Origin: a virus
Lineage: Duplodnaviria; Heunggongvirae; Uroviricota; Caudoviricetes
Virus record (IMG/VR): IMGVR_UViG_3300032007_000003
Span: 32,001 to 96,000 of that record
Strand: one strand, 5' to 3'
Length of the DNA: 64,000 nt
Both the position numbers and the translations under genes were made by a program. Positions 29,730 to 40,300 of this stretch are shown here, piece by piece. Position 1 is the first letter of the stretch. Each line of letters begins with the position of its first letter. The notes below the pieces were generated by a model that saw only the letters and a program-made list of their open reading frames with translations, was not told the DNA's origin and did not search any database.

Positions 29730-30218
29730 ATGAGTGATTTACTTTTGAAAATGCCTCTTAACTATGAGCCGTTAAGAAAAAATAGATGGTTGTTAAGATT
29801 CCCAGCTGATTTGGGTATTCAAGAGTGGTGGTGCAAGAGTGCAAGCAGACCACATATCCAGCAAGAAGGAAAGGCAATTGAATTTTTAAACACAGAGACA
29901 TACGTTGTTGGAAGATACAAGTGGGCTACAATTCAAGTAACTTTGAGAGACCCAATTGGACCTTCTGCTTCGCAAGCAGTTATGGAGTGGATTCGTCTTC
30001 ACTCTGAGTCTGTAACTGGTCGTCAAGGCTATGCAGCTGGTTACAAGCGTGATGTTGAGCTTGAAATGCTCGACCCAACTGGTGTTGTTGTATCTAAGTG
30101 GATTCTTAAGAATGTAATGGTTACTGACGCAGATTTCGGAAACCTTGACTATTCTTCAGATGACTTGGCAGAGATTACATTAACATTGCAGATGGACTAT
30201 GCAATCTTAGCATACTAA
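29730..30218 (+). CDS. tail tube protein (gp19-like)
   Basis: EPLRKNRW, GR.KW, YKRDVELEMLDPTG, LDYSS, near the sheath gene. Confidence 0.9.
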   Translation: MSDLLLKMPLNYEPLRKNRWLLRFPADLGIQEWWCKSASRPHIQQEGKAIEFLNTETYVVGRYKWATIQVTLRDPIGPSASQAVMEWIRLHSESVTGRQGYAAGYKRDVELEMLDPTGVVVSKWILKNVMVTDADFGNLDYSSDDLAEITLTLQMDYAILAY

Positions 30219-30324
30219 AAAAGAGGTTTTAAAACAATCAATAATAAGTGTGAGAAACTATTTGTTTCTTGCACTTATTTTTTTATTATTTAAGAAATAA
30301 TAACAATTTAAAATAGTAAGAAAT

Positions 30325-31275
30325 ATGCCAACAGGTAGAAGTTATTCATTAAATGATTTAAAATCTGCACTAAAAACTAGAATGGCAGAGTTTGAAATGC
30401 TTAATAAGACACTCATAGAAGCAATCGAGAAAGGCTCTAGTGAGGTAACTATTGATGCAATTAAGGAAGCAATTAAGGATGCTGAAGAGAATATTAAGAC
30501 TCTGAGGGATTGGATTGAAACAAAGACAAATGATAAGGATGAAGCTAGTAAGACCACTTATTCATTCTATAATGAAATAAAGAAACCTACACTCCCAAGG
30601 TCAGTTAAAGTTGAAAGAAGTAAAAAGCTATCTGAAATTAAGAATAATCTTGATAAACTAGAAAACGAGCTTAAGGATTTGAAGGAAACAAAGAACAATT
30701 TCTTTGATGGTATTAAAAAGGGTACAAGTTCAAAGAAATTGGATGATGTGATTAAGAAAGACCTATCAAGTGACTATAAGCCTTACGATAGTCCTTACAA
30801 CAATCTTAACTATGATGAGATATATAAGAAGCCAAATACAATCAATTTCTTGAATAGTATAACTGACTGTAACGATGAAAAGTGTAAGGACTCAGAGTAC
30901 TGTAAGTATATTTGCAATACAAATAGATTTCTTGTAAAATTCAACGGATTCCCTATCATAATCAATGAATGGCTAGTTAAGAGACTTGACTATCTTTGTA
31001 CAAGTCAAATCAGTGTTACAATACAAGACCATCTTGTAAATAATAGACCAGTTATTGCAGATATAAGGGAATGGTTCAGAAGAGACTATGGAAATAAGTT
31101 TGGTATAACAATTGAGCATCTTGATAGAACTGGACATACATTATATTCTGAATGTTTACATGAATGCGAGATAAGTGATATTGTTAGAAGCAGTTTGGAC
31201 TACACTGTAAACGATTTTTCAACAATTACAATGCTTATTACCTTTAAAGAGGTTACTTATGAAACAGCCCATTAA
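30325..31275 (+). CDS. coiled-coil protein with a C-terminal tail-tube-like domain
   Basis: C-terminal NRFLVKF...LDRTG...LDY parallels the adjacent tube protein. Confidence 0.5.
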   Translation: MPTGRSYSLNDLKSALKTRMAEFEMLNKTLIEAIEKGSSEVTIDAIKEAIKDAEENIKTLRDWIETKTNDKDEASKTTYSFYNEIKKPTLPRSVKVERSKKLSEIKNNLDKLENELKDLKETKNNFFDGIKKGTSSKKLDDVIKKDLSSDYKPYDSPYNNLNYDEIYKKPNTINFLNSITDCNDEKCKDSEYCKYICNTNRFLVKFNGFPIIINEWLVKRLDYLCTSQISVTIQDHLVNNRPVIADIREWFRRDYGNKFGITIEHLDRTGHTLYSECLHECEISDIVRSSLDYTVNDFSTITMLITFKEVTYETAH

Positions 31276-31780
31276 AAAGCGTGGAACTTCCATAATTAAA
31301 AATAAATCGAAGAAGCGTACAGTTCCAAAAACAAAATCAGTTATAGGAACTGTGCGTCCTCATCACCAGAAATATGGGACATCAAAACTTGAGGAAGACT
31401 TTGCAAGAGAATTTTTAGATAAGTTAGAAGTAAAATATGTGTACCAATTTGAGGCAAAAGATATCGGTAGGTTTTTTGATTTTTACCTCCCAAGTCACAA
31501 TCTTATCATTGAAGTTGATGGAGGATATTACCATAGTGACCCAAGAGTTGTTGATGAAAATCAACTTAACCCAATGCAGAAACACAATAAACGAGTGGAC
31601 GAGCATAAGAATAAATGGGCGTTAGTACATGGGATACCAATTATGAGAATTTGGGAGAAAGATATTCGTGAGAATCCAAAGATGGTAATGGAAGAATTAA
31701 AGAAAAGGTTATATATTGAGGATAAGAAAATTACAATCGCTGAAAAGAAAAATAAAAGACATATTAATAAAATAAAGTAA
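31259..31780 (+). CDS. DUF559/Vsr-like endonuclease
   Basis: SKLEE, FDFY, IIEVDGGYYH, D..K..A...G...RIWE. Confidence 0.8.
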   Translation: MKQPIKKRGTSIIKNKSKKRTVPKTKSVIGTVRPHHQKYGTSKLEEDFAREFLDKLEVKYVYQFEAKDIGRFFDFYLPSHNLIIEVDGGYYHSDPRVVDENQLNPMQKHNKRVDEHKNKWALVHGIPIMRIWEKDIRENPKMVMEELKKRLYIEDKKITIAEKKNKRHINKIK

Positions 31781-31811
31781 GATATATTTATTTTTTACAA
31801 AGTTAAAAGTT

Positions 31812-32429
31812 ATGGAAGTTACATTATATTTACCTTACTATGATTATAATGATGGAAACTTTGACGTGAGCAATGATTATTACAATGAGAACGAATATTC
31901 AGATGCCATGTCTAAGGATTTCAATAAAAGTAAGGACATTGTTTATAATTCTGTCCTAGCTGCAAAAGAGGGTACAGGAAGCCTTATTCAAGGTACAGAT
32001 GGACACACATACAAGTTTGGACAGAAAACCTCTCAGAGCGAAGATAAAGTGGCTTATTCGAGCTGTATTGGCGAATTATCTGACATTAATGGCAGCAGTG
32101 AGACAGTTGATGGGTTTATAAGCAAGTTTGCACAACAGAAACAGTTCTTGGAACTTGTTGAATTTAATTTGGATACCTCTGAGGAAGAATTTGAAACTGA
32201 ATTATCTTTGTGGTCTAGGGAGCATGCTAGCATTAACAAATATAAGGATAAGTTAGGAGAGGATTGGGTATTGGCAAAAGAGCCAAAGAGAAATTTAAAG
32301 GTACAATTTAAGAACAATGCGAATCAAGATACTTATGCAGTATTGGAAGATTGCAGAATAATGGATATTATTGATGGTAATACATTTGTGTTGTTTATTG
32401 AGAGAATAACATTGGTAGATAAAATATAA
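31812..32429 (+). CDS. hypothetical protein (tail region)
   Basis: 205-aa ORF. Confidence 0.65.
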   Translation: MEVTLYLPYYDYNDGNFDVSNDYYNENEYSDAMSKDFNKSKDIVYNSVLAAKEGTGSLIQGTDGHTYKFGQKTSQSEDKVAYSSCIGELSDINGSSETVDGFISKFAQQKQFLELVEFNLDTSEEEFETELSLWSREHASINKYKDKLGEDWVLAKEPKRNLKVQFKNNANQDTYAVLEDCRIMDIIDGNTFVLFIERITLVDKI

Positions 32430-32433
32430 TAGA

Positions 32434-33759
32434 ATGGCAAAGAAGAAATTAACACAAGAGCAAGAGAATGAAATTAAGACTCTTCTTGCAAACAATGAAA
32501 TGCTTGAAAAGACCAAGAAGGAAGCTGAAAAGAGAGGCAATAAGAATTCCGTTCAGCAGATTGAGAGGGCGCAGCAAGAGGTTATAGACCATATTAGCAT
32601 GATTGACCCAAGCGCAATATCAAATGCTCCACGTAAGACATCTTTGAGTTCAAATAAGAAAGTAATAAAACAAGACAACTTATTTGATACTGACATGTCA
32701 ATTTTTGACATTTTAGAGGAAAACGAGAAGAACAAGCAAGACTTGGTTGAAAGTCAAATCAAAGAAGAGATAGAACAAGAGGTTTCTTGGAGTGCTGATG
32801 ATTTAGTTCCAAGTGAGACAACAATTGCCACAGAGACAACCTTCAATGATATTGACCCATCAATTCAATATGATGTAATTCAATTGCCAAGTAACGGTCA
32901 ATGTTATAGAAACAAAATGGATAGATTGCCAGTGGCTTATTTGACAGCATATGATGAGAATATCATTATGTCACCAAACTTGTATAAGGATGGACTTGTT
33001 ATTGATTTCTTGCTTAAGAATAAGATTATGAATAAGGAAATCAATGTTGATGACCTTGTTAGTGGCGATATTGACGCAATTGTTTTGTTCTTGAGAGCAA
33101 CTAGCTACGGTCCAGATTTTCCAATTGTTGTGGCTGACCCAGAAACAGGAGAACAGATTGAGACAACTGTTGACCTTACAACATTGAAACCAAAGGAGTT
33201 TAAGCTTGTTGGTGATGAGAATGGTTGGTTTGAATATATTACACCAATTAAAAAGGATACAATTAAATTCCGTTATCTCACTAGAAAACAAGAGAAACAG
33301 CTTAAGAAGGTCACTGAGCTTGAAAGCATAGGAACAAAGGCATTTATGCTTAATGAGGAAAAGGAAACCCTTTTAGCTGCATTAGTTGGTGATGAATATA
33401 TTGCCGAGAATGATAAGAAGGTAATTAAGGCTGCAACATCTGTCATTGAAAGATGGACTGAAAAACTTAAGAAAGTTAATGAATCCAAGTTTACAAAGAT
33501 TATGACAAATGCAATGCAGTTGCAGATTGTGGCTGTTAATGGAAACACTGATAGGGAATTCATCAGAAAGTATATTAATATGATGCCAGCTAGAGATTCA
33601 TTGATGTTGAGAAAATATATAAATGACAATAGACCTGGAATTGACTTTAATATCGAGGTTCAGAGACCAGAGAGTCTTGGAGGTGGCTCGTTTAAGACCT
33701 TTCTTAACTGGGACGATTCTGTTTTCCTCAATATCTCCGATGGCAGAGAGGAATCTTAA
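32434..33759 (+). CDS. baseplate hub/tail assembly chaperone-like protein (gp26-like)
   Basis: LPSNGQCY, YLTAYDENI, GDIDAIVLFLRATSYG, MPARDSLMLRKYI..PGID. Confidence 0.7.
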   Translation: MAKKKLTQEQENEIKTLLANNEMLEKTKKEAEKRGNKNSVQQIERAQQEVIDHISMIDPSAISNAPRKTSLSSNKKVIKQDNLFDTDMSIFDILEENEKNKQDLVESQIKEEIEQEVSWSADDLVPSETTIATETTFNDIDPSIQYDVIQLPSNGQCYRNKMDRLPVAYLTAYDENIIMSPNLYKDGLVIDFLLKNKIMNKEINVDDLVSGDIDAIVLFLRATSYGPDFPIVVADPETGEQIETTVDLTTLKPKEFKLVGDENGWFEYITPIKKDTIKFRYLTRKQEKQLKKVTELESIGTKAFMLNEEKETLLAALVGDEYIAENDKKVIKAATSVIERWTEKLKKVNESKFTKIMTNAMQLQIVAVNGNTDREFIRKYINMMPARDSLMLRKYINDNRPGIDFNIEVQRPESLGGGSFKTFLNWDDSVFLNISDGREES

Positions 33760-33991
33760 AGATGAGTTATTCGCTTGTCACATGTATGTTAAGATTCCAT
33801 ATGAGGCGTTGATGAAGATGCCAGTGATGGATAGGAAATACTACATACATAAGTACAATGAATACATGGAGGCTAGAAATGAGGCAATGAGTGGAAATGA
33901 AGGTGGGTCATCCTCACATGATATTTCCAAATTCACAAGCATGAGTCAAGGACTCGATGGCGATGATATTGCAGAAGAAATGGGGTTATAA
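33740..33991 (+). CDS. small tail/baseplate assembly protein (gp51/GT-like C-terminal partner)
   Basis: YEALMKMPVMDRKYYI motif; overlaps the upstream gene in the +1 frame. Confidence 0.6.
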   Translation: MAERNLKDELFACHMYVKIPYEALMKMPVMDRKYYIHKYNEYMEARNEAMSGNEGGSSSHDISKFTSMSQGLDGDDIAEEMGL

Positions 33992-34020
33992 AAATAAAAT
34001 CATAAATATTTTACAATATA

Positions 34021-34245
34021 ATGAAACAAGCAATAAACCAAGATAATACTAGTAGAATAACTGAGGTAATACAAATTGGAAAAGAGGTTATTTTCCATAT
34101 GAGAGAGGGAATTGACGGAAGACATTTGGGAACATTCTTATGCGGAACGCAAGAAATGGCTGATTTTGATTTTGAAGAACTTGTTAAGGAAAATAATCTA
34201 AAAATAATAAACAATGGTGAATGGAAAAGCGAGAATCTTTGTTGA
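34021..34245 (+). CDS. hypothetical protein
   Basis: 74-aa ORF ending in a terminator. Confidence 0.5.
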   Translation: MKQAINQDNTSRITEVIQIGKEVIFHMREGIDGRHLGTFLCGTQEMADFDFEELVKENNLKIINNGEWKSENLC

Positions 34246-34262
34246 CTCTCGCTTTTTTTTTT
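34226..34262. terminator. bidirectional terminator
   Basis: aaaagcgaga...tctcgctttttttt. Confidence 0.65.
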
Positions 34263-34267
34263 CTTTA

Positions 34268-35263
34268 TTAAGAATTCGCAAATGCATAATCATGAGCTTT
34301 CTTAAGTTTCTCAGCAATTTCAATTCCATATTCGGAAAGGTCAATGCCATATTCATCAGCCATTTTCAAATCATCAATACTGACATTTAAATCTTTTCGT
34401 TTGGCGATAATCTTAAGTGCTTCAAAACTCTCATTTTCAATGCAATTTTCAATCAAGCTACCAAATATGTCATCACAAATATTAACATCAACATCTTTTC
34501 TTTCAGAAAGTATTGTAGTAAGCCACACTGAATTGTATTGACAAGCAATACAGATTGGTGTCATATTAGAGATATCTTTTTTATTTAAGTCAGTCTTTGA
34601 ATTGTTTAAAATAGCAATAATTATTTCTTTATAATGATTACATAACGATTCATTTGCTTGAACTTCATCATTGGCGAAGAATAAAATCATATGATGTAGA
34701 AGTGATTCTCCAAATCCATTATCACTATTTGGATTAAAATTTGGATGATTTATAATAGAAATAGCTAATTTTGTCATATTGTGGTTTACTGCTTGTATAA
34801 GCAAAGGAGAATAATAATAAAAATTGACATCCATATCTTTATTATTTTCAATAATATCAAGAGCTAAGTTTTCTTCTCCATTCCAAATGTGCATTAGACA
34901 AACTGTTTCTGATGTTTGTTCCTCGTGTTCCAATTGTTTCATCCTTACATTTGAAGAAATATTAGTTATGTCAATTTCAATTGTATCGTCACAACACATT
35001 TTTATTTTACCCTCAAAATACAATAATGCGGTCATATCAATGTTTTTGACCACTTCGTCATAATTTTCAATCTTACCTTTACGAATATAACAAGGAATGC
35101 AGTAGTTATCTTCTCGTACAATAACTCTTTTTACTGTACCATTCTTTTTACCTTCACATTCAGACCAATCAATGAGTGATTCTACTTCACCGATAAAATG
35201 TACTTCATTACCATTTTTAACTTCTCGACTTGTAATAATGTCCTTAATTGTTTTAATTTTCAT
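34268..35263 (-). CDS. ankyrin-repeat protein with an extra N-terminal domain
   Basis: SPLLIQAV, NGFGESLL, KDISNMTPICIAC, DVDVNICD; paralog of 28478-29131. Confidence 0.75.
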   Translation of the reverse strand: MKIKTIKDIITSREVKNGNEVHFIGEVESLIDWSECEGKKNGTVKRVIVREDNYCIPCYIRKGKIENYDEVVKNIDMTALLYFEGKIKMCCDDTIEIDITNISSNVRMKQLEHEEQTSETVCLMHIWNGEENLALDIIENNKDMDVNFYYYSPLLIQAVNHNMTKLAISIINHPNFNPNSDNGFGESLLHHMILFFANDEVQANESLCNHYKEIIIAILNNSKTDLNKKDISNMTPICIACQYNSVWLTTILSERKDVDVNICDDIFGSLIENCIENESFEALKIIAKRKDLNVSIDDLKMADEYGIDLSEYGIEIAEKLKKAHDYAFANS

Positions 35264-35360
35264 ATGCATTGCTTTTAATTAATATATTTGTGGTGTAAAG
35301 ATACGAAAAAAAATTGGAATAACAAAGAAAATTAATACTAATTAACAAAGAAAAAAACGC

Positions 35361-35999
35361 TCAAGGGTTTCCTTGGGCGTTTGCTTTTATCTGATTATAT
35401 TCTCTATTTAAGTTGCTTATATAATTCCCTAATGCATCATATATTATATTGCTGTATTGGGATATTTCATTTGGATATTTATTTGTTAGGTCTTGATATC
35501 TTAGCGATATCTGTGACAAGTTTCTAAGTGAATCTGCCAATTTAACACTTGGCACATTATTGGGGTTATTAGTATTGGTATTGCCGTTTGTGTTACCATT
35601 TGATTTACCGTTTACACCATTGCCAACATATCCCCTCTTGTATAGATTTCTTCTAGCCCAATTTGCACCCTTATAAAGACCATTCTCAAAGTCATTCCAT
35701 AGATTACCTCCCAATTCCGCTGGATATTGCACACCATAATCAGATAGTCTGAAATCCTCATTCAGACTATTTGCTTTAACACATTTGTCAATTCCAAATA
35801 CAACTTGAAGAATATATGTGCATATGTCATTCAAAAACGCATCCACTTCCTTATTGTTACAATATCCAATATTCCTTAAGTCAGAAACACATTTCTGCAA
35901 TGGTTGAATGTATTTTGACAATGGAGAAACATCTATTGCTTCAGATAATATCAATCTGTTTATTTCTTCTCTTATAATTCTTTTGTAATTAATACCCAT
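35361..35999 (-). CDS. hypothetical protein with a head-cargo-type leader
   Basis: KRIIREEINRLILSE; TATTTATA on the minus strand at 36019-36026. Confidence 0.6.
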   Translation of the reverse strand: MGINYKRIIREEINRLILSEAIDVSPLSKYIQPLQKCVSDLRNIGYCNNKEVDAFLNDICTYILQVVFGIDKCVKANSLNEDFRLSDYGVQYPAELGGNLWNDFENGLYKGANWARRNLYKRGYVGNGVNGKSNGNTNGNTNTNNPNNVPSVKLADSLRNLSQISLRYQDLTNKYPNEISQYSNIIYDALGNYISNLNREYNQIKANAQGNP

Positions 36000-36041
36000 A
36001 AACTGTTTTTTATTTATGTATAAATATCAAGATAAAAGAAA

Positions 36042-36065
36042 AAGAGCAAACACGTGTTTGCTCTT
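36042..36065 (-). terminator. palindromic terminator
   Basis: aagagcaaacacgtgtttgctctt perfect inverted repeat with an A run on the + side. Confidence 0.7.
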
Positions 36066-36114
36066 GTATTAGTTCTTATTACGAATTGTAACCATAGTTT
36101 AATATTTTTTAAAA

Positions 36115-36603
36115 TTATAATGAGAATTCCTTTTTATTATCGCCTCTTATAAATTTGTACATTGGATTGCAATCTTTTACACAATCTGAAAGATAACCAT
36201 TCATAAGATGCGACCATGTTATTTTATTGTTTTCAACTGTGAATGCCACGACACAAGCATTGTTTGTTGAGAATTCTTTGGTGAAATCAAACGCAATATA
36301 CTGTTGGTTTTTACCATTTTTTGTATATCTTTTGTAAGATATTTCAGCGAATTCTCCCCAATTACGATTAGTTTTTGGTACACAATAGCACCAATGGCAA
36401 GCAGAGTTGTTATTTTCGCCTTTCTTTAGAGACTTGATAGAAACAAACAGTTCTCTGAATGGTTCAACTGAAAATGTCTGTACTATAAGTAAACTTGGTT
36501 CGTCCTTGACTATCTTACACGTCTTCTGTGGCAATTGAGCAATTAATTCTTTAATCTTATTATAACTCCAATTCTCTTTACAAATTTTATTCATTGTATT
36601 CAT
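36115..36603 (-). CDS. hypothetical protein
   Basis: 162-aa ORF with an HWCYC motif. Confidence 0.6.
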   Translation of the reverse strand: MNTMNKICKENWSYNKIKELIAQLPQKTCKIVKDEPSLLIVQTFSVEPFRELFVSIKSLKKGENNNSACHWCYCVPKTNRNWGEFAEISYKRYTKNGKNQQYIAFDFTKEFSTNNACVVAFTVENNKITWSHLMNGYLSDCVKDCNPMYKFIRGDNKKEFSL

Positions 36604-36608
36604 ATTTT

Positions 36609-37025
36609 TTAAAATAAAGTTGATATTGTAAACATTAATTTTGATTTTCCCTTTTTAATATTATATGGTGTGAGGTCAATCGTTGGTGTGATATTCATAC
36701 CATATTTTCTATTGAAATCATTAGTCATTCTCTTGAATTCAGTTCCATGACTACATTGTGGGTCGATTCCCATATAAGCGAGATAATAATGAATCATTTC
36801 GTGTACAAGAATGTCCCTTAGCTGAGATTCAGTGTAATCATAACTATCACTTAACTCAATGGTTTGATTAAACATATATCCATCTTCATCATACTCACAA
36901 GAGAAAAATCCCAATGTTCTGTATGAATGTCTAACCTTGAAATTCGGTGCTGGCAACTCATTGCCAAAGTATTCAAAGTTATAAAGATGAAAAGATATAT
37001 AAATCGTATCTCTAGTAATCTCCAT
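36609..37025 (-). CDS. SprT-like zinc metalloprotease
   Basis: ILVHEMIH (HExxH) and HGTEF. Confidence 0.85.
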   Translation of the reverse strand: MEITRDTIYISFHLYNFEYFGNELPAPNFKVRHSYRTLGFFSCEYDEDGYMFNQTIELSDSYDYTESQLRDILVHEMIHYYLAYMGIDPQCSHGTEFKRMTNDFNRKYGMNITPTIDLTPYNIKKGKSKLMFTISTLF

Positions 37026-37030
37026 GATAA

Positions 37031-37180
37031 TCAACAGTATTTACCAATTAGATATAATCCTACAATTACAATTACAAGTCCAATGATAGTCCCAAGGACT
37101 CTTCCAATTAATGCTTGAATGTACTCCCAAAAGGAGTTGTATTCCCAAATAAATCCCCCCCATTCTTCGTAAAATCTCAT
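37031..37180 (-). CDS. small membrane protein (49 aa, not in the ORF track)
   Basis: MRFYEEWGG...VLGTIIGLVIVIVGLYLIGKYC; first gene after the host-type promoter at 37204-37213. Confidence 0.6.
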   Translation of the reverse strand: MRFYEEWGGFIWEYNSFWEYIQALIGRVLGTIIGLVIVIVGLYLIGKYC

Positions 37181-37300
37181 AACCTTTATTTTTTTAATTC
37201 TGATGCAAAGATACGAAATAATTTTGAAATGACAAAGAAATAAATGTTAAAAAATGATAAATATCATATTTATAGATAATTTAAATAGGTAATCGATTAG

Positions 37301-40300
37301 ATGAATACATTATTAGCTAATACTTTAATAGCCACAGCTGGTATCATACGTGGCACTCTTGCAAGTGCCTTAAACTACCTTAATACCCTCATAAAGAGTG
37401 GTACTGATAGTGCTATGCAGTTCCATAAAGAAGGTATTGCATTTGCACGTGAAATGGGTATGAATGCCAAGGAAGCCCAAGCTTATACGGAGGTATTGAC
37501 TGACCGCACTGAGAGGCTTGCGATGAAATATGGTGTTGCTGCCGAACAAGTCAAGGAACTACAAAGGAATATCTCTGTTGCGACTAGCAGACAGTTGATG
37601 CTCAATGAGTCTCAAGCTGAGGGTTTCTTACAGTTAAACAAGCTTGTTGGGTCTAGTACAGTAACCAAGTTCACTGAACAGATGATGAATGGTATGGGTG
37701 GACAACTCGATACTGTTCAAGGTGCTGTGTCTAAGGCTTATGCTACTGCTGCAAAGAGTGGTCTTAATGCTCAGAAGGTTAGTGAAAAGATTGCCAATAA
37801 CCTAAATATGGCAAACAAGCTTTCATTCCGTACTGGTATTGAAGGACTTACTCGCATGGCAATGCAAGCTGAGAAGGTTGGATTAAGTCTTAACTCTGTT
37901 GAATCAGCAGCCAATGCATTCATGGAAATTGACGATGCAATACAAGCATCAGCAAAATTGAATATGCTTGGTGGACAATTCGCAATGCTTGGTGGAAATC
38001 CACTTGATATGGCATACGAAGCAAATGCTGACCCAGAAGCATTCCAGAAGAGACTTATAGGAATGGCTCAAGGTGCTGCCAAGTTCGATGCTCAAAAGGG
38101 AATTGCAACAGTTGACCCAATGATGATGGATATGTTGAGGAATGCTGCAAAGGCAATGAACTTGAATCCAGATGAATTGGTCGGTAGCGCAAAGAAACAA
38201 GCATCAAATGCATATAAGGAAAGTAATATAAGTTCAAGCATAATGAATGGACTTACCAAAGAACAACAAGACTTCTTAATTAATAAGTCAAATGTTGCAA
38301 ATGGTAAGGTTATGTTTACAACAATTGGAGGTAAGGAAGTTGACTTAAGTAGTGGTGGAACTATTGATAAAGCTGTTCTTGAGGAAATGATGAAATACCA
38401 AGGCATGTCTGACCGTGACATCATGGAAGAAAATGCTAGAAGTCTTTCATCAATTAATGAGATATTGACTGGAATTAAGGAGTCTATTAAGGCAATGTTC
38501 GCTAAATTTGTTGAAGGGCTTTTCCCTAAAATGCAGGGGGACTTAAAACAATTTGGGGCTTGGGCTAAAAACAAGTTAGAACCTTTGGCAAAGAATGTTG
38601 GTGAATCTGTTCGTAGTGCTTATGATTGGCTTAAAGAACACAAAGAACCAATTAAGTCGCTTATAAGTCATGTGATAGGTTTTCTTAAATTTGCAACAGA
38701 ACATTGGAAAATACTACTTAGTGTTTTAGCTGCAAAGAAACTATTCGGGATGGCTAATAACCTAGGAATAGGTAAGGGACTTGGAGGAAAGGCTGCTAGA
38801 GGGGCTGCTAAAGGTATCGGTAATTTATTTACAAAAGGTAAAAACTTAGTGACATCTCGTGGTTTTTGGGATGTTCTTTTAGGGAGACAGCATAAAAATA
38901 CTGCTGGTAGATGGGTAAACTCTAAGGGTAGATTTATTTCAAATAAACTAGCTAATATTGGCAAATTTGCAAAAGTTGGTGGGGCTATGGCTGGAGTTGG
39001 CTTAGCCGCATTCCAAGGTATTGGTGCTTGGAATGCTCGTGCAGAAGAGGCTGAAAGAATTAGAAATTCAAATATGTCTGACGTTGATAAAGCCAAAGCG
39101 CTAGAACAGAATAGAATTGATAGAAATAGTGAAGTTGGTGGTGCTGTTGGGCAAGGAGTAGGTTCTATTTTAGGCACAATCTTCTTTGGACCTCTTGGTG
39201 GTATGATTGGTGGAGCAGTTGGAAAATTTGCTGGTGAGTTTATTGGCAAATATTGGGACCCAATATTTGATGGCTTGAAGAGCTTTGGAAAAACAGTTCT
39301 AAATGGCGTTAAATGGCTTGTTGATAATAATCCAATATCTTGGATGGTTAGAGGCATAGGCGAATTATTTGGTAAAGATTGGTCTCCAACAAAACTCATT
39401 GGTGATATGTTTAGCGGTAGCGAAAAACATGCTGAAGGTGGTGTTATTGGAGGAAACTCATACAGTGGTGATAAAGTGCCAATATTGGCAAATAGTGGTG
39501 AGGCTGTAATCACTCCACAACAATTCAATGCTGTATTTGGTGAAACAAATAATAAAAACTTCTATAATAGCACTTGGAACAATAGAAACGTATCATCTAC
39601 TATAATGCCACAGAATACAAGTACAACTACTAATTTAACTAATAATAGTAATGTTTGGAATAACAGTAGTGCCTTATCTACTGTGATGCCGCAGAGTACT
39701 ACTAATTCGGCTAATAGTAATGTTTGGAATAACAGTAGTGCCTTATCTACTGTGATGCCGCAGAGTACTACTAATTCGGCTAATAGTAATGTTTGGAATA
39801 ACAGTAGTGCCTTATCTACTGTGATGCCGCAGAATACAAGTACAACTACTAACTTAACTAAAAATAGTACTTTGAATAACAGTAGTGTCTTATCTACTGT
39901 GATGCCGCAGAGTACTACTAATTCGGCTAATAGTAATGTTTGGAATAACAGTAGTGTCTTATCTACTGTGATGCCGCAGAGTACAGATATAATTAAGCCA
40001 AAGAATTCTCTTGGGGAGGCTGAATATATTTATAAACCAAATAGGACTGAGATATCAAATATAAATGGTAACACAGTAACAGTTAAAGACTTCAATATCA
40101 ATATAAATGGAACATTAAAACTTGATGCTGGAACTTATTCTAAGTCTATTAATGGTCGTGACTTACTTAACGACTATGCATTTATGACTCAGATTAAGAA
40201 CATGATTAGAGAGTCTATTAACAGAGATATTAATGGCGGTATGTTATCTAATGACCTTGCAACAGTCAATGGTTATCCAGCACAGACAAGTATGTATGGT

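Noticed and set aside
39572-39984. CRISPR-like array
   Set aside because: The units are contiguous in-frame coding repeats with no unique spacers
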